Source: the human T2T-CHM13v2.0 reference genome, Homo sapiens. Taken from it: a stretch of 64,000 nucleotides of DNA. Shown piece by piece: positions 17,945 through 41,630 of the stretch. A program made the translations under genes and the position numbers. The stretch's first letter is position 1, and every line of letters begins with the position of its first letter. Location of the stretch: the NCBI RefSeq assembly GCF_009914755.1, contig NC_060931.1; one strand, given 5' to 3'. The notes below the pieces were generated by a model that saw only the letters and a program-made list of their open reading frames with translations, was not told where the DNA came from and made no database searches.

Positions 17945-18498
17945 TAAAGTGCTGGGATTACAGGCGTGAGCCACCATGCCCAGATGAAATGATTTTTTTA
18001 AAACATGAAATCTTAAAACACCTTTGAAAAGTGAAGAGCAGATAGGGAAAAATTACTTTTACTAAATATGACTGATAAAAGATTAATATTCTTAGTGTAT
18101 GTATAATTCATATAAACCTATAAGAAAAAGATAAATGTGCATGTAGAAATATGGACCAACATCAAGAATAATTTATAAGAGAAGATATAAAAAGAGCAGA
18201 TTTAAAAGATGTTCAATTTCAGAAGTCATTAAATAAGTACAAATTAAAATAATAGTGACATGCAAATTTTTAACTGTTAGGTTGCAGCAAACAAACAAAA
18301 ACTCCACAAACCCAGGAGATTATGTTTAGGGTTATGGAAGATGATAGAGAACATGATTTTCATAGCATACTGATATATACACACACACACATATATATAA
18401 TATTATATATACCCTTTTTGGTGGACGGTTTGATAATATGTATTAAGAGTATTAAGGAATTCATAACATGAATATGGCTAGGCCACTTTAAAGCCTAC

Positions 18499-22966
<4,468 letters not shown>

Positions 22967-23472
22967 CTAGAGGCCAAAAAGACAGAGAGATATACAAGCT
23001 GCTCAATATATTTCAACAAATTACATTACAATTTATGCCTTTTCCAACTGTTTCATGCCTTGTAATCATCCCCTACTCCCACCCAGCCCATCAGTTCTTT
23101 CAGAAATATGCAAAATTTGACTCTAGATATACTTTTTAAGTATAGCGCATTAAGAAGTGATTTTTTTCCTGTTCCTTAGAATAATCATATGTTTATCTTT
23201 TCTTGTTTTCAAACAAGAAGTTATTTGCTGTAATAGATCATGTGACTGTATAATACATATATGATAATGATGATAATCATAACAATTGCAGGCCAGGTGT
23301 GGTGGGTGGCTCATGCCTATGACCGCAGAACTTTGGGAGGCCGAGGCTGGTGGATCACTTAAGATCAGGAATTAAAGACCAGCCTGGCCAATATGGTGAA
23401 ACCCCATCTCTACAAAAAATATATAAAAATTTGCTGGATGTGGTGGCACACGCCTGTAATCCCAGCTACTCA

Positions 23473-23577
<105 letters not shown>

Positions 23578-23939
23578 TTAAAAAAATAAAAATAACAATT
23601 GCAGCTTTTAGTGGCATTTACTTTATGCTGGGGGTATACTAAACACTTTATATACAACATTTCATTTAAAACTTGCAAACTCCATGAGACAGGTGCTTCA
23701 GATGAGGAAAGGGAAGCTTTGAGAAGTGGAGTTACCTCATGCAATGTCACTGAGCTCTTATATAGTAGAGCAGGGAGTCGAATCCAGGCAGTCTGACTTT
23801 TAATGATTTAAAACTCACTCATTCATTTTGACTTAAATATACTCTAGAAGTCCTTTCTGAGTGTCTTATCAGATAATAAAATTCCATTACCTGATATTAA
23901 ATGAATTCAATTTACAAGTTTTTGTTTCATTAAATGGCC

Positions 23940-25680
<1,741 letters not shown>

Positions 25681-25699
25681 GTACCCCCCAACAGGAAAA

Positions 25700-26923
25700 C
25701 CCAAGTGCTGTAGGGGAGGTTGGCCAATGACCACTCTAACTGCTTCCTGCTGAATTGGGGCGTAGTAGGGGTCATGCAGTTGAGATTTCCTCAGGAGGGG
25801 TGCCTTCGGTGTCATCAACATCATAGCATGTGCTAGCAGGCTGGTCCAGGGGTCCGTGGTAGATCTTAGTCATGAACTGCATCTGGGGCTCTATTTGAAG
25901 AACAATTTGTAGTTTTACAGCTTCACAGCTTCTATTCTGGAAGAGATAAACTTAACAAGGAGGTTAAAGATACAGGGATTGAAATGTATGGCCTGCAGTG
26001 CAAAGTGCAGGGGATTATTTCTTCAGCACACTTCACAGGCCCTGACTATCTGCTTGACAGTTTTTAAAAGGCCTGGTCCAGTAAATAATGATTTGGCCAT
26101 CTGATGGGTGCTATCAATGCCTAAGTGAAAGGTTTGGTGAAGGGTTTTAAGTAATTTCCATTGGTTAGCTGCAGGCAAAAGTATTTTTCCTTCTTCGGCG
26201 GCTAGCCATCCTGAGGGGAGGAAACTATTTTCTCTTGAGATTCCCCATTCTATTTCTTCTGCCGAGTACTGGGGCTTGGTTTCCTGGAGGGGATTACCCC
26301 ATACTCTAGGGGTCCTTCTATAAGCATTTCTAATGGATGGTCCCGCCTTGCGGATCTTTTGGCTTCGGTATCTGCTTGGTGGTTCCCTTCTATTTCCCTT
26401 TTCTTTCCTTTCTGATGACCCCAGCAGTGTAAGACTACCACCTCTTTAGGTTTCTGTACAGCCAATAATAATCTCCTAATGGCTTCCTGATATTTGATAG
26501 GTGTTCCCTCGGAAGTTAGGAATTCCCTTTCTCTCCATATTGCTGTGTGGGCATGGAGGACTAGGTAAGCACACTTAGAGTCTGTATATATATTTACCCT
26601 TTTTCCTTCTCCTAATTATAGTGTAAAATGGCCCCTGCTTTTGCTAGGATGTCTCTCCCTAACAAAGTGGGGCTTTCAGGCATAATTAGAAAGCCATGTG
26701 AAAAGAGTAAAGTTCCCCAGTCACAACTTAGTGGCTGGGAGAAGTATCTAGTGACTGCCTGTCCTAGGACCCCTAGGATAGTGACAGATCTGGAGGACAG
26801 TTGTCCGGGACAGGAGAGTAAGACTGAGAAGAATGTGCCAGTGTCCAGGAGACAGTTAACTTCCTGGCCATTAATGGTCAAGCATACCTGGGGCTCTGTG
26901 AGGGTGATGGCATAGGCTGGCAC
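25700..26923 (-). pseudogene. HERV-W pro / RNase H / IN N-terminus / env C-terminus remnants
   Basis: Protease VNCLLDTGTFFSVL..LLGRDILAKAGA (26612-26923); RNase H GKRVNIYTDSK..AVQKPKEVVVLHCWGHQKG; IN zinc finger LLKTLHQTFHLG..VRACEVC; env tail PCIFNLLVKFISSRIEA. Confidence 0.9.
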
Positions 26924-26939
26924 TTGCCCTGGGCACCCT

Positions 26940-27960
26940 CAGTCCTGCTGCTGGATCATCTGGTTAGTGGCTTCTGACTCAGGACTGTCCCCTAGGGCAG
27001 TGGGCCTTCCAGTGATTCCCTTGACATAATAGACATGGACGAAGGGGAGGCTTATTTCTATTCGGACAATCTTTTTTAAAATGTCCTTGTGGACTGCACT
27101 GGAAGCAAGCCCTATTAGGCATTTGATTTGCCCAGCCTTTCGCTTTTCCAAAGCCTCCAAAGTCCGTTTGCCTGAGGGCCACAACTAAGTGGTGGCCTTT
27201 TTTTTTTTTATCCCATTTGTCCCATTCTGCCTGCTCCTCCTGATCTCTATTATAAAAACTGAGGTTGCCAAGTTCAATAGGGTTTCTAAGTTTTGCTCCG
27301 GGCCTAACGTGGACTTCTGAAGTTTTTTCCTAATGTCTGCAACTGACTGAGTGATAAACTTATCCTTTAAGATTAGTTGACCTTCAATAGAGTCAGGTGA
27401 CAGAGAGCTATGCTTCCTCAATGCCTCCCTTAGTCTCTCCAGAAAGGCAGTCTCTCTTCTTTTCCTTGTGTTATAGTGGACATCATTGAATAATTTATAG
27501 GCTTCTTCCTAATTTTCCTTAGTCCTTCTGGCATGCAAGTTAGCAAATGTCTGTGGCACCAATCTCCATGTTCTGATTCTGTGTCCCAATGAGGGTCTAC
27601 AGTGGGAACTGCCTGCTGGCCTGTGGGGAATAATTCTCTTTCCTCTGTTGTCATCCTATCATTGACCTGACTGAGATACCAGAGATCGCCAGACTCTCGG
27701 GCTGCAGTTACGGCGGCACTTCTCTCATTTGGGGTTAGTGTCTGATCTAGCAATAACATTATATCTCTCCATGTCAGATCAAAGGATTGTCCTAACCCTT
27801 ATAAAACATCAATATAGCCATCAGGGTTATCTGAGAATTTACCTAGGTCTATTTTAATTTGCTTCAAGTCTGACAGGGAGAAAAGTACATACACTCTGAC
27901 TGGGCTGAATTCTCCAGAATACATCTTAGGGTCATTTTTGCCTTAGGGGGAACATTTTCT
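26940..27960 (-). pseudogene. HERV-W gag remnant (CA-NC), frameshifted
   Basis: MLLLDQTLTPNERSAAVTAARESGDLWYLSQVNDRMT, LILKDKFITQSVADIRKKLQK and zinc knuckles CFQCSPQGHFKKDC / CLLCQGNHWKAHC in the ORF track. Confidence 0.92.
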
Positions 27961-30459
27961 ATCTGAAAAAAGAACATAGGGATGCCAGTGCCTCTAGTCA
28001 TTTTCCAATGAGCATTAGTCCTAGAGTGTCCTCTATGGTCCTAATGCTTATTCCTTTCCAGGGTGCATAACCACCCATGGACCTCTGCTTATCGGATTAG
28101 TTACGCTCACCGATGTAGCAGTCCTGCACCTGTTTTCCCACCTTTCTTAACCACAAAGAAAGGGGTATGGGTTGCTGGAGTCTAGTGGTCCTTTAACAGC
28201 TTGCCCAACATTGCCTTTGCACTCAGAGGTGAGTTCCTTTCCAGGGTGCATAACCACCCATGGACCTCTGCTTATCGGAATAGTTAACGCTTACTGATGT
28301 AGCAGTCCTGCACCTCTTTTCCTGCCTCTCTTGACCACAGAGAAAGGGGTTGGGGCTGCTGGATTCTAGTGGTCCTTTACCAGCATACCCGACATTGCCT
28401 TTGCGCTCAGGGGTGAGTTCTAGAGTTGGGCTGGGTTCCTGAATATTTCATAACAACCCAGCTGCCCCATCAAGATGCAACAGTTCTTATGCAAATTTAT
28501 TTCAGAGAGGGTGTAGGTAACCTTTTGGGTTAGGATTGAGATAGAGTTTTTGCCCACTAGGGCCTTTGTCCTTCTTTCCTTTGTAGGAATGTGCCCTAAT
28601 TATCGACCTTAAACTTTTTCTTGCCCCAGATTAAGTCCTTTTGGGTAAGAAATATGAGAGATGAATCCTGTTTATCCTATGTGCCTTTTTCCTACGAGAA
28701 GAAGAGCAAGGAGAAAAAGATGGGTTTGCTTTTTTTGTAAGTACTGTAAGGCTTGCCTGAGTGTAAACAGCTCACATGTTTGAGCAGACCAATTTTCCTA
28801 ACTCGCTTTTACAAGTGTTTCCCTATCAATTACTGCATACCCATTGTGTTTTTTCCCTCAGTCACCCTGGAGGAACCATCTACCTTCTTGTCCTGAATGG
28901 AGTTCCTCCTAGGTCTGGTTGGACCTTTGTATGGTAATTAAGATTTAAATCCCCTGTTAGGAAATCTGCTGGGTTAAGGGAATTTTCAGTGGTTAGTGTT
29001 AAATCACCTTTTTCTAACAGAATAGCTCTATACTTTTAGACTTTTGAGTTAGTAAGCTACGTTTTTGCTTTTTTTGAATTAGGATAATTCTGAGCTGGTG
29101 AGGTGTGCTCACAATGAGGTTTCCTCTAAACGTTACTTTTCTACTGCTGCTAAGCAAAGCAGTTGCCATTACTGATTGAATGCATTTGGGCCATCCGCAG
29201 GTTAGTGGATTAAGAATTTTTGATAGGAAGGCTAGGTATGTGTTGTCAGTGGTCTCAGTGTTTTCAGGCTACGCCCTTGTTTACACTGACAACAAGGTAG
29301 TATTGGAGTGTTATAGAGTCACGGAGAAGATCTTCAATTATCAATTGTAGGTTTTAAATTTACCCTGGCTTTTAAAGGAATAGGGTATATACTGTTTTTT
29401 CTTTAACTACTTGTGTATCTCTCTTTCTCTCTTTTCCTCTCTCTCTCTTTCCCTTTTCTCTCTTTCCCTCTCTCTCTTTTGGTAGATGGATTTTGGGAAC
29501 ACGGTGGAAGGACGTTAGCTTGTTGCCCCCATTTGCCACTATAGGAATGTGTGCCTCCCTTTAATTTACTCAATTCGCTTTCATCCTGATCTATTATGTT
29601 GTCATAGACCCAGTTCCAGTTGTTAAAGTACTGGGTCATCAGTTCTAAGGCCCTGGCCAAGGAGCCGAGGCTTGGAGATTGTATTGCAGTGGGGGAAGCT
29701 GGGTAGAAATTGGGGGAGGAGAGCATCTTACACAATGGGAGAGGAATCCTAGCCATTTACAAACTTGGGGTCCTGGCAAGGGTGGTGGGAAACGGGTCCC
29801 ACATAACTGCCCATGTCAAGAGCTATATATTGGGAGGGGCACCAGGGACAAGACTCCCTGGGTTCATAGCCTAGATGCCTAAGGACACAGCGTAGCGCTT
29901 CCTTAGATCCCTTTGGAGATACAAGCTTCTCTAATACTTGGGAGAGGAAGTGAAAGTCTGAAGCATTAGTACCTAGGAGGCAGGGATCAGAGGAAATAGA
30001 TTCAGAGGTAAGGAGAATTTTGAGGCTACACTTTAAAAAAGTCATGATCAGGACCCAGGACGTATGGGTCAGAAGGAGATGTAGGGGCGCACGCATGGGC
30101 AACTGTTGAGTAAAGACTTCTGGCTGCACCATGATCTCGACCGGCCAATGCTGGGAGTTTGGGATGACACCTTTCTGTCTCTAGTCAGCCCTCAGCTTCC
30201 CCAGGAAAATTGTGAAAGCAGAAGCTGGTTCCAGGCAGACCATCGCTCCCAACCAGAAGGGTTGGGGGTTGTTAGAAAGCCTTTTCCCAGGAAGCCTCAC
30301 ACCTGAGTGTTAAGTCCAGCAGCCATGCTAATCGTTTTTAACTGGCCAACAGGTGCCTGGTATTTCCTCTGATTCTAAGGAAGGATAGGAGAGAATAGCA
30401 AGTGAAAGTGGTCCAATATTACTCACAGCTTTGGAGAATCCCCAGACGAGGCCACCAAA

Positions 30460-31220
<761 letters not shown>

Positions 31221-31368
31221 ATTTCACAGGTGTATACATCTGTCAAAATTTATTTAATTGTACAATTTATTGTATTTATAGAAATAATATATAGTATATC
31301 ATATAAATTATATATAATGTATTATATATAGTTATTTGTATAACATAATTTATTTATATAATGTATAT

Positions 31369-31370
<2 letters not shown>

Positions 31371-31405
<35 letters not shown>
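31371..31405. repeat. (TG)17 microsatellite at an Alu tail, preceded by an AT-rich tract
   Basis: Directly visible. Confidence 0.95.
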
Positions 31406-31407
<2 letters not shown>

Positions 31408-31416
31408 TTTTCTTAG

Positions 31417-31698
<282 letters not shown>

Positions 31699-32575
31699 TG
31701 AACTCCTGACCTCAGGTGATCCTCTCACCTCGGCCTCCCAGAGTGCTCGGATTACAGGCGTGAGCCAGCACACCTGGCCCATCATGGCTCTCTGTAACCT
31801 TGAACTCCTGGGCTCATGTTATTTCCCGATCTCAGCTTCTCAAGTAGGTAGGGCCACAAGCATGCCACCACACCTGGCTAAGAATATTATAATTTATTAT
31901 ATATAGTGTTATTATATGTAAGTCATTCTTCAATAAAGTTAATTAGGTGCTGGATGCAGTGGCTCATGCCTGTAGCCTCAGCTACTTAGCAGGCTCAGGT
32001 GAGAGGATTGCTTGAGCCCAGAAGGTCGAGGTTACAGTGAACTATGTATGTTCCTGCCACTGCACCCTAGCCTGGGCAACAAAGCCCAGACCTTGTCTCT
32101 CAAAACATAAATAAATGAATAAAGTTGATTATAAAACATCTAAAGTACAGCAGAAAAAACAAAATTTCTGCCATGAACATTTTTATACCTATGTCTTAGC
32201 ATACTTATAGAATGTTCCTGTGAATTCAATTCTGCCAACAGGAAAACTTAATTAAAGGCTATTAAGATTTTAAAATATTATGGAAAGTGTCAATTGCTCT
32301 CCTAAAAGATTGTTACTGATTGATATTCCACAATGTATGAAAGTGTCCATTTCACCCCACTTTTGCGAGTATTGAATAGTTATCTTTTAAATGTTTTCCA
32401 ATGTGGTGAGAAAAAAAATTTTATTGTGATAATATTCATCTTTTTTATTTTAAGTGGAATTGCTATGAACATCTTTTGCTATGATACTGGAGATTTTTAT
32501 TTATTTGTGAGTTGGTTGCTCATGTTCTTTTCCCACTTTTCCATTACGCTGTGTTTCTTTCTTACTGATATGTGA

Positions 32576-32896
<321 letters not shown>

Positions 32897-32989
32897 TGAC
32901 TCCTGACCTTAAGTGATCCGCCTGCCTCCTCCTCCCAAAGTGCTGGGATTACAGGTGTGAATCACCGCACCTGGACTGTGTTTCTTTTT

Positions 32990-33861
<872 letters not shown>

Positions 33862-34544
33862 TCACTCTTGTTCACAAATGTAGTATAATTTATAATTTAT
33901 CTTTTAATTTTTAAAATCAAAGTTTTAGGTATACTTGGTTTTAAAACTTCAGAAGTTCTGCAGTGTTAATTATGAAGAAGAGTAACCCCTTATGCCTTTC
34001 TGCCCCTTCCCTTTGCCCAGAGATAACAAATTTCAATTCTTTTTGCCTTTTTTTTCTGCCAAATTGCTAAATAACCTGATTATAATGTTATTGATTATTT
34101 TGTTTTTTTTTTAAGGCACTATCGGTAGAGATAAAGACTAAATTTCAGGCCAGGCACGGTGCCTCATGCCTGTAATCCCAGCACTTTGAGAGGTCGAGGT
34201 GGGTGGATCACCTGAGGTCAGGAGTTTGAGACCAGCCTGGCCAACATGGCGAAACCCCGTCTCTACTAAAAATACAAAAATTAACTGGGCCTGGTGGCAG
34301 GTGCCTGTAATCCCAGCTACTTGGGAGGCTGAGGCAGGAGAATCACTTGAACCTGGGAAGCGGAGATTGCAGTGAGCCAAGATCGCAAGCCTGGGAGACA
34401 GAGTGAGACTCCGTCTCCAAAAAAAAAAAAAAAAAAAGACTAGCTTTCTTTCACTACCATTTGAACAAATATGCATGCCCTTTCCATCCTTCCAAATTAT
34501 ACATTTTGTTAGATCACTATTCAGTATTTAGGTTGTTATTATAT

Positions 34545-34980
34545 TGTTTCATCAAACTAAAATCTGGCCTAAGAAAGCCTCCATACTCACATACTTGAGT
34601 TTTTACCTACAACCCACAACCTAATTTAGTAGGTAAGCAAACTGAAAACCTAACTTAGGGGTATGCTTCAATAACAGTTGCTGACTCTCAGCCAGTCCCA
34701 GCAGCTGGACCTCAAAGACTTAAGCCACCAGCTATTCAGATCGTGTTCTGATAAGGCACTAGCTGTTTCTATACCTTGCTTCTGCTCCCTGCACATCACT
34801 TTCCTTTTTCTATCCATAAGTTCTCTCCCACTGCGCCCACTATACAAGCAGCGCTGGCGGCCCTCTAAATCTGCTGTGACTTGGGGGAGGGTGGGGAGGG
34901 GTTGTCCGATTTCACAAATCATTTTTCCTTGCTAAATTAAACTGTTAAATTACGTTTGTTTAAAAAATTTTTTGAAATAG
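34545..34980 (+). mobile_element. MER57-like ERV1 LTR
   Basis: Start TGTTTCATCAAACTAAAATCTGGCCTAAGAAAGCCTCC...GAAAACCTAACTTAGG resembles MER57 subfamilies. Confidence 0.55.
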
Positions 34981-35066
34981 TACAATTATTATTCATACTC
35001 TGATTACATTGCTGCTCATGTATACCTTCTTATTTCTCTTTGTTAATATTTGTCCAGTTTCTTTAA

Positions 35067-35330
<264 letters not shown>

Positions 35331-36647
35331 TGAGTAGCTGGGACAACTGGTGCTCCTCGCCACACCCAGCTAAATGTTTGTATTTTTGTAGAGATGGGGT
35401 TTCACCATTATTGGCCAGGCTGGTTTCGAATTCCTGACCTTAAGTGATAGGTCCGCCTTGGCCTCACAAAGTGCGGGGATTACAGGCATGGGCCACCTTG
35501 CCTACCATTATCTGATTTTTAATAGTTTGTTTGAATCAGGCTCTAAGTGAGGCTCATATACTGCGGTTGGTTGACACTTTTCTTAAGTCTCATTTAATTT
35601 GGGGTCTTCTTCTACATCTTGCATTTTCCTTGCCTTTTTATTTTTTAAAGAAATAAACATTTCCATTTCCTACAGTGTTTCAGGCATTCTGGATTTTTCT
35701 GCCTGCTTCCATATGGTGTCCTTGAACATAGTCCTCTGTCTCCTATAGCTCCTGTCACTTATTTGTAAGTTGGATCTAGAGTCTTCCTTATATTCAGGTG
35801 GGGAGGAATGATTTTCTTATAAAGTAATTTTCTAAATTTCTAGATTACCTTTGAAAGTAATTTTTCCGAGAAAGGATGCATGAGAGGTAGTTTTTGAAAA
35901 CCTGTGTGACTAAAAATATATTTTTTTCTACCCTCACACTTGACTTGTGCTTTAATTGGGTTTAGAATTTTAGAGAGAAAGAATTTCTCCCCTCAGAATT
36001 TTAAGGGTTTTTTTTTTGCTCCAGTTTTTTGTCTTTCAGCATTGTTGAGAAATTCAATGTCCTCCTGATAACCAATACTTTATATCTGACCTGCTTTTTT
36101 CTCCCTAGAAATGTTTAAGACCTTTTGTCAGAGAAGTCAGTATTCCAGATTTTCACAATGATGTCTTGGTGTGCTTGCTCTGTGTCTTTTTAAAATCCAT
36201 TATACTGGGCCAGTAGAGGGACCTTCCAATCTGGAAATTTATGCCTTTCAGTTCTAGGCAATTTTTTCTGAATTATTTCTTTGGTAATATTCTCTTTTCT
36301 GTTTTTGCTGTTCACTAAAGAAGCTCATATTATTAGGTTTCCTGGACTGATGTTTTATTTTTCTTACCTTTTCTCCATTTTCCACTTTTATTTTATTTTT
36401 TTGTTCTGCTCTGTAGGTGATTTTCTTATCTCGATCTTTCTGCCTTTCTATAATATTTTTCCTTCTATCATATTTTTAAGTGTCAAGGGCCACAACAAGC
36501 AGGATTTTGTGAGCTGCAGAAAGAAGTTGGATTTCATTCTAAGTTTAGTAGGAAGCCATAGAGGATTTTGAGCAGGGAAGGATATTATGTTTTACATAAA
36601 AAAGGATCATTCTCACTGCTATAACAGGTTATCTCTGCTGTAAGCCA

Positions 36648-37430
<783 letters not shown>

Positions 37431-38403
37431 AAACATTGTTTTAGCTACTTCCCTTTTTCTGATGCTTTGCCTATCAGTTTACCTTCTGATTATAATTTGG
37501 TTTTCCATGTAAGTATGCTGTCAAGAAAATAATGCACCAATCACACGCACTTCAAATATTTGCTATTGCTGTGATTGTGATAGTAATTTTTTTTTTTTTG
37601 AGACGGTGTCTTGCTGTGTCGCTCAGGTGGAGTGCAGTGGCTCGATCTCGGCTCGCTACAGCTTCCGCCTCCCGGGTTCAAAGGATCCTCCTGCCTCAGC
37701 GAGTAGCTAGAATTACATGCACATCCCACAGTGCCTGGCTATTTTTTGTATTGTTAGTAGAGATGGGATTTACCAAGTTGGCCAGGCTGGTCTCAGGTGC
37801 CTGACCTCAAGTGATCCACCCGCCTCCGCCTCCCAAAGTGGTGGGATTACAGGCGTGAGCCACCATACCTGGCCTGTGACAGCAATTTCTTACAAAATAA
37901 TAAATTGGCTCATTTCAAGGACAGAATGCCTACTGTATGAGCTTCCAGTATTTTTTTTTTTTTCGAGACAGAGCCTTGCTCTGTCGCCCAGGCTGGAGTG
38001 CAGCGGCATGATCTCAACTCACTGCAACCTCTGCCTCCTGGGTTCAAGTGATTCTCCTGCCTCAGCCTCCCGATAATTGAGATTACAGGCATGTGCCACC
38101 ATGCCTGGCTAATTTTTGTATTTTTGGTACAGATGGGGTTTCACCATGTTGGCCAGGCTGGTCTCGAATTCCTGATCTCAGGTGATCCGCCTGCCTCGGC
38201 CTCCGAAAGTGCTGGGATACAGGAGTGAGCCACTGTGCCTGGCTGAGCTTCCAGTATTCTTTACTAGAGTCTTGTGGTCTGTGGACTCCCTTGCTAAGAA
38301 TCACTGTAGTCCTTGTGATCTGTCTCAAGCTTATAATGGTGTATGTGAAAATGTAAGAAAATTACTAATGAATTATCTTGAAATGTTTTCTCTGTTTTGC
38401 CAG

Positions 38404-38455
38404 ATATGAACAATATAAAGCCATTGGAAGGGGTAAAAATTCTGGATCTAACAAG
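38404..38455 (+). CDS. SUGCT: SUGCT coding exon 2 (52 nt, phase 1-2)
   Basis: ttttgccag|AT ATG AAC...ACA AG|gtttgt; encodes (D)MNNIKPLEGVKILDLT(R), the class III CoA-transferase N-terminal motif. Confidence 0.96.
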
Positions 38456-38983
38456 GTTTGTATTGGTTTATCTACATTTTGGTGATTGGGTTTTTCCCTT
38501 TCCTCAAAAACTTTTAATTTTTTGAATTATAAGAAGAGACTTATATGCTTATGTTGAAATTTTAGAGAAGAAAATAAGAAAAGAAAAATTGCTGTAATAT
38601 CATCATTCTATGAGACAATTAGTGTAGTATTTATGCCTTTTCCCAATGTATATTTATATATAATCTTAAAAAACAAAAATTGGAACCATATTGAAATTAG
38701 TTTTACCCATATTTTAAACACAATGTTATATTTTTAATATTTTCCTATGTTATTCAAAATTCAACAAAAAAGTGAAATAGTAATTAATATATCGATGTCA
38801 CATAATTACTTAATCATCCTCTAATCTTTCACGATTATAAATTAGGCTTCCTTGTACACAAATGTTTCCCTCAGTTTTGATTTCTTCCTCAGGATAAAAT
38901 TCTAGAAAAAGAATTATAGGGGCCAGGCGCGGTGGCTCACGCCTGTAATCCCAGCACTTTGGGAGGCTGAGGCGGGCGGATCA

Positions 38984-39234
<251 letters not shown>

Positions 39235-39411
39235 TCAAAGGGGATATATATTTTTAAAGCTCCTATTACATATGGCCAAATTACAGTTTTAACTGTTTTG
39301 ATTCTTACTAGGATTATATGAGCGTGTCTGTGTTGACGGGTTGTTGGAAAATAATTAATATAAACATTTTCAAGATGGTAATTAATTTATTTATCATTTT
39401 TAACATTGTAG

Positions 39412-39485
39412 AGTCCTGGCGGGACCTTTTGCTACTATGAATTTAGGAGATCTTGGAGCAGAAGTTATAAAAGTGGAGAGACCAG
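39412..39485 (+). CDS. SUGCT: SUGCT coding exon 3 (74 nt, phase 2-1)
   Basis: attgtag|A GTC CTG...CCA G|gtaaag; encodes [24 protein letters not shown]. Confidence 0.97.
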
Positions 39486-39804
39486 GTAAAGCTATTACTC
39501 CCTTTAAAAAATAGAAACAAGCTAATAAATATTTTAAAATAATTCTCTAAATACCCATGTTTAGTGTACCTATAAGTGGGATAAGGAGAGAATTAAAATG
39601 AAATGATTGTCTTTTTCTTCTCCATTTCTTGTTTTCCTGTGAACTAACACTAATGATATCTTTTTCACTCCTTATGTGTGCTAAGTGCTAAGGCTCAAGC
39701 CAGTTTCTTCTTTGCACCTGAAGGCTTTTGTTAGAAGCTGAGGCTGGGCACAGTGGTTGACGCCTGTAATCCCAGCACTTTGGGAGGCCAAGGAGGGCAG
39801 ATCA

Positions 39805-40107
<303 letters not shown>

Positions 40108-40446
40108 TCAATGCTTTGCCTGGGCTTATTTAATCTTTACAACAACCCTATGGGCTGATGCTATTATTCATAGTTTATAAAGGAGAAAATGGAGGCACAG
40201 AGAAGTAAAGCAACTTATTTAGGGGCACACAGGTAATAAGGAATATCCAGACCCTCAGCCATGATTCTGGCCTTCCTTAGCCCCAGCCTAGCTTTAGCAT
40301 TGAGACTGAGATTACAATGGGCCTGGCCACCCTCCCTCACCGTGGAATCAAGGGAAGGCCAGGAGAAAGGAGGATAAAAGTGAAGAAATAGGGTACAGAA
40401 GAAGGAGAGAAGGAAAAGGAATCACAGTCCCTCAAAAAACAACCTA

Positions 40447-40759
<313 letters not shown>

Positions 40760-41429
40760 TCAAATACTCCAACCTAAGTCATTCTTTTCTATTCCTTTTT
40801 GTTTTTATTTTTTAGAGACAGCATTTCCCTCTGTCATCCAGGCTGGAGTACAGTGGTGTGATCATAGCTCACCATAGCCTCCAACTACTAGGCTCGAGCA
40901 GTTCTCCTGCCTCAGCCTCCTGAATAGCTGGGACTACAGGCATGTACCACCATGCCCAGCTATAATAATAAAAATTTTTTTGTGTGTGTAGAGACAGGGT
41001 CTTGCTATGTTGCTTGGGCTGGTCTTGAACTCCTGTCTCAGCCTTTCAGAATGTTGGAATTACAGGTGTGAGCTACTACTCCTGGCCATTTTTTTCTATT
41101 CCCAATAAAAGAAACATTTCCCCATTTTATAATTTTAAAGGTTTTGAAGCGGGAAACGCCTAAGCTTAGATCAGTTTTTTGCTTTTATGTTTTTCATCTG
41201 ACATCTTTCCTGTTCTTTCTTCCTCCTTTGTTCACCAAATAGATATATTCTGTGTACACATTTCTCACTTTTGTTTGGTATCATCTTAGCATTTTGGTGT
41301 TTAGTTCAAGCTGTTATTGATAAAGTTGCTTAGAAAAGCATCATTGTTGGCCGGGCATGGTGGTTCACGCCTGTAGTCCCAACATTTTGGGAGGACGAGG
41401 TGGGCGGATCGTTTGAGCCCAGGAGTTCA

Positions 41430-41630
<201 letters not shown>

